Shown here: positions 55,247 to 64,000 of the stretch, piece after piece
Layout: each line of letters opens with the position of its first letter
How positions within the stretch are numbered: position 1 is the first letter of the stretch
From: the human T2T-CHM13v2.0 reference genome, Homo sapiens
Assembly: GCF_009914755.1 (NCBI RefSeq)
Contig: NC_060926.1
Reading direction: 5' to 3' (one strand)
Length of the DNA stretch: 64,000 nt
The notes under the pieces: model-generated
Seen by the model: only the letters and a program-made list of their open reading frames with translations
The model's database searches: none
What the model was told of the DNA's origin: nothing
Translations under genes and position numbers: made by a program

Positions 55247-56128
55247 ACTACCTCCACACTTCCTAGCTGTTCAGTAGAATTTGGCTCTCTAGATACGGCT
55301 TTTTTGGTCTGGAATGCTGAATCAGTAGCCAAAGTCATCAAAGACCGTCTCTTTCTCAAGGATCCCCAGTGTGGAAGCGGGACCCACCCAGCAAACCCAT
55401 GCAGCATCAGGCAGCGCAGGGTTTTCATCCCGCTAGGAGCCTGCCCCCTGGTGGTGAAGAGAAGAAACGCAGAGCGAGAACCAGAGCCGGGCCGGGATGT
55501 CCCTGGGGCGGATGTCAGGGTTCACCTGGGGCTGCTTTGCCCCTGCGTGCAGCACCGCCCAGTAGGGCTGCTTACCTGTCCCACCCGTGCGCGCCCGCGG
55601 GTTCTAAACTCATTTTAACACTTGGTTAAGCAAAAACCAATTTGAGAAAATAAATGAGCTTGTAGGGTGTTTGAAAGCTAAATGGATTGATTTTGGATTG
55701 AGAACTACAGTGCTCTCAGGTTTTATATGGCACAGGATTACACACACCCAGGAGGAGCTGTGTGGTAATTATGACTAGAATCAGAAATTGCACCGTAAAA
55801 AGCTCATCTGAATAGATCTGGATTTACCGACACGGAAGACGGTCAGTTTCCCGGGAGGCCGGAAGACTGGGTATAGAATGAGCTTTCCTGGTGATCTCTA
55901 ACAAACAAAAGGTGTCTGTGCTCTTGCAAGTGAAGGAAAACATTCTGAAGGGGGATGGTGAGCTCTGTTTTAAGTCATAACATTGAAGTACTTTGGGGTT
56001 ATTTTTTGAGTGTCTGTATTTTCTGACTTCTCTATATTGTATTTCTGCAGCTCTCTCCCAGTTTTCTTTAGGGAAGCCCTAACTTAGACTCTCATGAATC
56101 CCCCAAAAAGGCAAGTTGAAAAAAATAA

Positions 56129-56442
<314 letters not shown>

Positions 56443-56820
56443 TGAAAAAAAAAAATAAGTTTTTTAATCCAGAAGAGATGGTATCTCCTCATGGTTTCAT
56501 TTAGTTTTAAAAGACCCTTCTCACTTCCATCCCTCCCTCCTCACATACAAACCTAAAATTCTTGGATCCCTGAGGATAAAAACATAGTGGCGGACTCACA
56601 TCTACCTGTATAATATTCAGGCAGCTTTTCCCAATTATTAGCTGTTCTCCACAGGATGAATGGAAGGTTTCTTTTTCTCCCTACTTCAATTCTAGTTAAA
56701 TAAGTGAGATGCAAGGAGGAGGAAGAATTATAACGAGTCTGTACCGTGATATTATTTCATTACAGGCTGTAAAAAAATCCTCATTATTAGTCAGTTATAT
56801 CATATTAGTGATCTTGCATC

Positions 56821-56843
56821 GTGTGTGTGTGTGTGTGTGTGTG
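56821..56843. repeat. (TG)n microsatellite
   Basis: Directly visible. Confidence 0.93.
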
Positions 56844-58139
56844 AGATCCTGCATGTGTGTGTGAGACGGATAGAGTGTCTGTGTGTTTTTGCCTGGGAGA
56901 ATGTTGTTGCCACTGCTCTTATATAGGATGGTTTTAAATAAATTTCTTTGCCACTTTCAAAAGTCTGTGTCCTGGATTCACACCTTCACTCTCATTCTCT
57001 TTATTCTACTTAGTCGTCCCATTTGCCTATGTATATTTCCTAGGACCAAATGCTGTCTTTTAAAAGCCCTTCCCGAAACCTCTCTGAGATTCTTTCTTGA
57101 ACAGTTTTACAAACTTACAACCCACCCAATGTGTTTACAGGTAAGGTTTGCAGCGTAGAAAACATGATCAGCACCAACTGTCACTCCTGTTGTTGCAAAT
57201 TTCCTTCCCCCATTTACTGTTACACACAATGAGAATAGCAATTGGCAAGCACTGGGGAAAGACCCATCTGCCTATCTACATGTGCATGCAGTAGGAGGTG
57301 CATATGTGCATACAGCGAGCTTTTAGCCATCAGCTCACCTGAGTGCTCTGTCCTTCTCACTTCCTGCCGAGCAGACCTAGCAAACCAGGGGGAGTTCATG
57401 CTTTCTCTGCATTTGTCAGACCACATCTAGTGTGTGAGGGCTGGCTCCTTTCTTCCTTCATTCATTCTTCAAATCTTTACTGAGCTTGTCCTATATGCTA
57501 GACACTCTTCTAGACAACAGAGGGGTGGAGGTGAGAAAGACAGCCCTCCCCCTCCAGGGGCTTACACTCCAGGAATAGTGACCAACAGACAGAGTTGATT
57601 CATGCCTTGGGAAGCGTCTAACAAAGAAGAGAGAGGCAAGCAGGAAGGGAGTGGGGTGAGGAGGCCCTGGCCCTCACTAGTCTTAAGATATTCAGCTTTC
57701 CTGGAGGAGGTGTTACCTAAATCAGGTGCTGAGGAAAGCAGGTGTCATTCAGGGAGATGATGGGGGCAGTGGGGAGAGGATCTGGAGAGAGGACATCTCA
57801 TGCCAAACTGAAAGGGCCCAGGGAGGAAAGGTCGGTGCACAGGGTGGTGAGGGCGTGCTGTGTGTGGTGGGCGCACAGCAGGGAAGGCAGAGGTGGATTC
57901 AAGGAAGTGAGAAGGGGCAGTATGAGGAGGTGAGGTAAACTCAGGAGAAGTTGAAGAAGCAGTCAGTTTGGCCTGAGGAAGAATCAAGGGCAATTCTTTT
58001 TGAAGCAGTGAGAGCTGCCCAAAATGCTGAAAACACAGACGCAAGGGTAGACGGATTCTGTGGCCTCCATGTCATAGGAATAGAATGAATGGCTGAAGGG
58101 CAGAAGGAGGAGTGTTGGAGGATAAATGGAAGCAGAGAC

Positions 58140-58350
58140 AGCAGTTACTGAGCAGGTGCAACACATCAGGTGCCTTATGTGTGTCCTCCTGTTGATTCTC
58201 ACAGCAATGCTGGAGTGGAACAATTATACCTTCCACCTTCCACAGGAGGTAGCTGAGGCCAGTGCACTTAGGAAACTTGCCCAATATTATGGGCTGCCAA
58301 TTGGTGGAGCTGGGATTTGAACCCAGGAAGCCTGGTTCCCAGGCCTGTGC
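58140..58350 (-). mobile_element. MIR relic
   Basis: acaggaggtagctgaggcc...acttgccca...ggagctgggatttgaacccagg. Confidence 0.7.
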
Positions 58351-58682
58351 CAATGAAAGGCAACCAACCGTGAAGCAGGCACCTTCTAAGGCAGTGAGGA
58401 TCTCATTGCTGGAAATTTTCTAGAAGGGGGCGATATAGTGGACATTTGTGGCTAGCTCCCCAGCGCTTGTATAAGTCAGCACACTCCAATCCCTGTTTCC
58501 CCAGGGGCACCCACATGATGGAAGAGCTGGCCAGCCCCAGCTGCCATAAAAACCCTGGCCAAGGGAGGCACAGAGCGGTCCCTGGGGGCACTGGCCTACC
58601 TGACCACAGCGTCCAAAGCTCGTGGCCTCTGGGCTTTCCACTAGGAGGGGTGATTGGAAGAAAGAGTGAAAGGCATCCAGGA

Positions 58683-58907
58683 GCTAAATGATAAGAACTC
58701 ATGAACACAAAGAAGAAAATAACAGACACGGGTCTACTTGGGGGTGGAGGGTGGGGGAAGGGAGAAGAGCAGAAGAGATCACTACTGGGTACTGGGCTTA
58801 ATTCCTGGGGGATAAAATAATCTGTGCAACGGATGTCGTGACATGAGTTTACCTATGTAACAAACCTGCACATGTACCCCTGAACCCAAAATAAACGTTG
58901 ACAAGAA
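58683..58907 (+). mobile_element. 5'-truncated L1PA (old primate) 3' end with TSD
   Basis: ttacctatgtaacaaacctgcacatgtacccctgaac; TSD gaaaggcatc(c/a)agga at 58668-58682 and 58908-58922. Confidence 0.88.
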
Positions 58908-59876
58908 GAAAGGCATCAAGGAATTAAATTGTTAAACTTTGGGAAAAAGTTGCAGCTCAGGCAGACTTGGAGGAGAGAGAAACCAGTGTTTTGGAGTGAG
59001 AGAGAGGAAACAGGCAGTTCTGAATTCTTTGGAGCAGTCGAGGGAGCCCAGGCAGGGGCTAAAGACACCCGCTCGAGGGCGTGGCTGCCTTCCCGAACCC
59101 CTTCGCCCTGGCCAAGGCCTCCTCCTCTATGAGAACAAAGTCAGAATTGAGAAAAACTACACACAAAAGGATAATCATCCATTCAGACGGTGAGGGTGCT
59201 GAGTGAGCTGTGTCTAGGGGAAACCAGCGGGGAGGGCCCGGGAGGAGTTTGTGCTACAGCAAGAATATTATGAAGAAGAAAATGACTTCACCAGAAAAGG
59301 GCAGCCTGAGCCTGTGGCCTCCATGGCTTCTCCAGGCTATGGGTCTGTGCTTCTCCTACAGACTCTAGTAACGTCTGAGTTGCTTGAAAAAGAAATCGAG
59401 GGGCTTTACACCCATGTTGTCACACCTGTGCTTATCATTAGCATTACAATCTGGAAAGGGGGCGGGCTGGGGAGAGAGGGAAGCTTCCTCTCCTGGGGCC
59501 CAGGGACATGTGGTCTGGAATCCTAGCAACCCAAACAGCTGGCTGCTGTACTGGCTTCTTGGCCGGTCCCCTCTCATACTCCAATATAGAGATGCAGACA
59601 GTGAGTCAATGAGTTCCCATCACTGATAAGTCACATGGTTTGGGTTTGCCTCGTTTTGTGTCTTGCAAACAAAAGCATTCTGATGGATTTGGCTGAGGTC
59701 AGTCCGCCCTCTCTCAGGGTTGCTATGGAAGGAATCTCTCCATCAGGAGGTGTGTGGACGAGGACCTCTGAGATCTCTGGCTCAACTCTAAGATTCTATT
59801 ACTCCTTCGTGTGATTCAAAGTTGCGTAGGTTCTTCTTCTTTCAGGTGCAGGTGGAAAACATTTAAAGACACAGAG

Positions 59877-60319
59877 TTTTTAAATTGTTTTATATTTTAG
59901 ATTCAGGGGTTACACGTGCAGGTTTGTTTCAAGGATATATCATGTGATGCTGATGTTTGGACTTCTATTGATTCCATCACCCACATAGTGAGGGTAGTAC
60001 CCAGTAGAAAGTCTTCAGCCCTTTCTCCCCACTCCCTCCCTTTCTCCCTCCTTCTCTCCTTTTGGAGTCCCCAGTGCCTATTGTTCTCATCTTTATATTT
60101 GCGTGTACCAAGGTTTAGCGCCCACTTGTAAGTGAGATGTGACATTTGCCTTTTTGTTTCTGCATTACTTCATTTAGGATGATGGCCTGCAGCCACATCT
60201 ATGTTGCTGCAAAGGACATAATTTCACTCTTTTTTATGGCTCCATAGTATTCCATGGTGTACATGTATGACATTTTCTTATTCAGTCCACCATTGATGGA
60301 CATCTAGGTTGATTCCATG
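59877..60319 (-). mobile_element. 5'-truncated L1PA16-like 3' end
   Basis: ttagattcagggg.tacacgtgcaggtttgtt...atgttgctgcaaaggacat...catctaggttgattccatg. Confidence 0.85.
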
Positions 60320-61038
60320 AAGAGAGACACAATCTTAATTATTTTGTCATCACAGACGTCACTAAGACAAAAAGAGGGAACATTTAACATAAGTTCTACA
60401 ACCTAATGACACCGACAGGAATTCGATCCTGGTTTTGGAACGCTTAAATTAGACACACACACGTGCTCAGGCACACACAAAGCAGAATTCTTTGTCTAAC
60501 TTAGACCCCAACTTCAGAGGGTAAGTTCAAGTTCACATCTTGAAAATTTAAATGGCTCTATTAAGACATTCTTCCCATATCCTTGGGTTTAAAATGCAGT
60601 GAGTCAACCAGCCAAACTAATTTCGTACTCAACTCTCATATACTTGAACGAATTATGGCTATTTTTAACAGGATTATGAAGATTATCAAAATCACTTGAG
60701 AGAGTAAGAAATCCTGTTGGAAGGAAGTATAATACCCTTGCAAAGATAAGTATAATTAGTGTGGAAAAGGGCGATGAAAAATTAATAGAGTTTTAAGGTC
60801 AAAGATACATGCAGATGTGTAAAATCCTCAAATTAGTTCTTGTAAGACTCTGTCCTAACAAATTCCGCGATCAGAACATTCTCCGAAGTTTTTCTGCATT
60901 CTTCAGACTCTCCAAGAGTGGAAGGTGCCAACTGCATCCCTAGCCAGGGCAGGAGAACAAAGAGAGGAACCCACATCGTGACCACAACCATCTCAGCCCC
61001 GAACGACGCTGCTCTCATAGCGAAGGTGTTCAGTTTCA

Positions 61039-61052
61039 CCACTAGAGGGAGC
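61039..61052 (+). promoter_or_regulatory. Candidate CTCF site
   Basis: CCACTAGAGGGAGC, 13/14 match to CCASYAGRKGGCRS, in non-repeat DNA with locally retained CpGs. Confidence 0.6.
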
Positions 61053-61767
61053 GCAGAGCCCACAGCATCATCATAAGGTTAGGGAGAAAGAAGAAATTGG
61101 GTCCAGAAACTTCCTTCGGCATCCCCCACCCACCACAGATAAACGTTACAGCGATCTCATGGGAGAATTGAGAATGCACACAGGTCAAACGATCTTGTGG
61201 TAGACCACAGGCTGGGTAAGTTCATTTGCAAGTCCTTGCTGTCTGCTAGCCTCCAGCGCGTGCCTTACAGACACTTTTGATGGATAATCACACCTTTCTC
61301 ACAAGGGTTCCGTGAGTCACTATTTTGCAGAAGAAGCAACTGAGGCCCAGAGAGTAACTTGTTCGAGTTGATAAAGCAAGTAAGTCTTCCGGACTCCAAA
61401 GATGGTGCCTGTAACAGTGTTCCCAGGAAGCACCCAGGACTCAGGACGCTCTTTGAAGATCACAATTGTATGATCTCACTGAAAACAAGCTTCTGCCCCT
61501 GAAGTCATGTTTTGACATCCTAGCTGTTCCTGGGAACTCATCCACAACGTCCCATTAAAAGTGGCCATGACATTACAGAAAGAAAACAGAAAAGAAGGAG
61601 AGAGTGAGAGAGAAATTCACAAGAGTGCCCCTACCACCAGGAACCTAAAAAACAGAGAGAAAATCCACAGGCCAAGAGGAAATCCACTGGGCTGCTAGTG
61701 GAGTTTGACAGAGAAGCACAAGTCATCATCGGATATCCTGTTTCTAATATGAATGGTAAAGGCCTCA

Positions 61768-62153
<386 letters not shown>

Positions 62154-62549
62154 TAGCATCGAATGAACAAAAATCGGGGTATAAAGGAGGGGATGGCAGT
62201 TCTTTCCATGGATAAGGCATAGTCAAAATTCCTACTCATTTTTTTTTAACTCTGATAATTAAGCGATAGGGATAAACACAACTTGGTAAACCAAAAATTA
62301 AAGACTAAGAACTGAATGTCTCTTCTTTCAAATACAAGAGAAAATTCATGTAAATAAATAAATATGATATACTTAATACATATAATATTAACATCAATAT
62401 TAATAATATAATATTATATATTAAATATTATATTCTTAATTATAAAAGATAGGAAGTGAAAGGAACAACAGTGAGCCCCCAAAGAGACAAAAGTGTGAAA
62501 CTACACAGCAAGAATGAGTGAAAGAGAGTTGTTTAAATTCCATAGTTAG

Positions 62550-62923
<374 letters not shown>

Positions 62924-63049
62924 CTAAAAGGGACACTTAAAGTGAAAGGTGACTGAAAGGCTAAGAATGAAGGACCAGGCAAAGATATAACAGGCAGGAA
63001 GACAAAGCAACGAAGAAGAGAGAGGAAAATGAATGAAAGGCAAGGCAGG

Positions 63050-64000
<951 letters not shown>

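Noticed and set aside
54814-55618. Glu/Gly/Arg/Lys-rich and Pro/Ser/Leu-rich ORFs
   Set aside because: Translations of the GGAA array.

Overview
Human (primate) genomic DNA containing the ARL4C (ARL7) small-GTPase gene on the minus strand, with about 58 kb of upstream intergenic sequence. The gene has an uninterrupted 192-aa CDS (5144-5722), a ~3-kb 3' UTR and a CpG-island promoter. A 175-nt intron, whose donor overlaps the stop codon, predicts a 201-aa isoform. The rest is typical mammalian repeat landscape: Alus, L1/L2/MIR relics, MaLR/ERV solo LTRs (one five-element nested cluster) and microsatellites. Repeat subfamily names come from remembered consensus sequences, not a search. I found no second credible protein-coding gene and no evidence of a novel multi-gene system. 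The most unusual signals seen directly are local templated copies and fold-backs: a 43-bp tandem duplication, a 39-bp dispersed repeat, a 56-bp copy lodged in a GT array, a perfect 25-bp pre-miRNA-like hairpin, and a hairpin plus 140-bp self-copy inside an L1. There are also candidate ARL4C regulatory elements (uORF, DR4, CRE/ETS/TCF in the 3' UTR, RFX X-box, CTCF, GGAA microsatellite).
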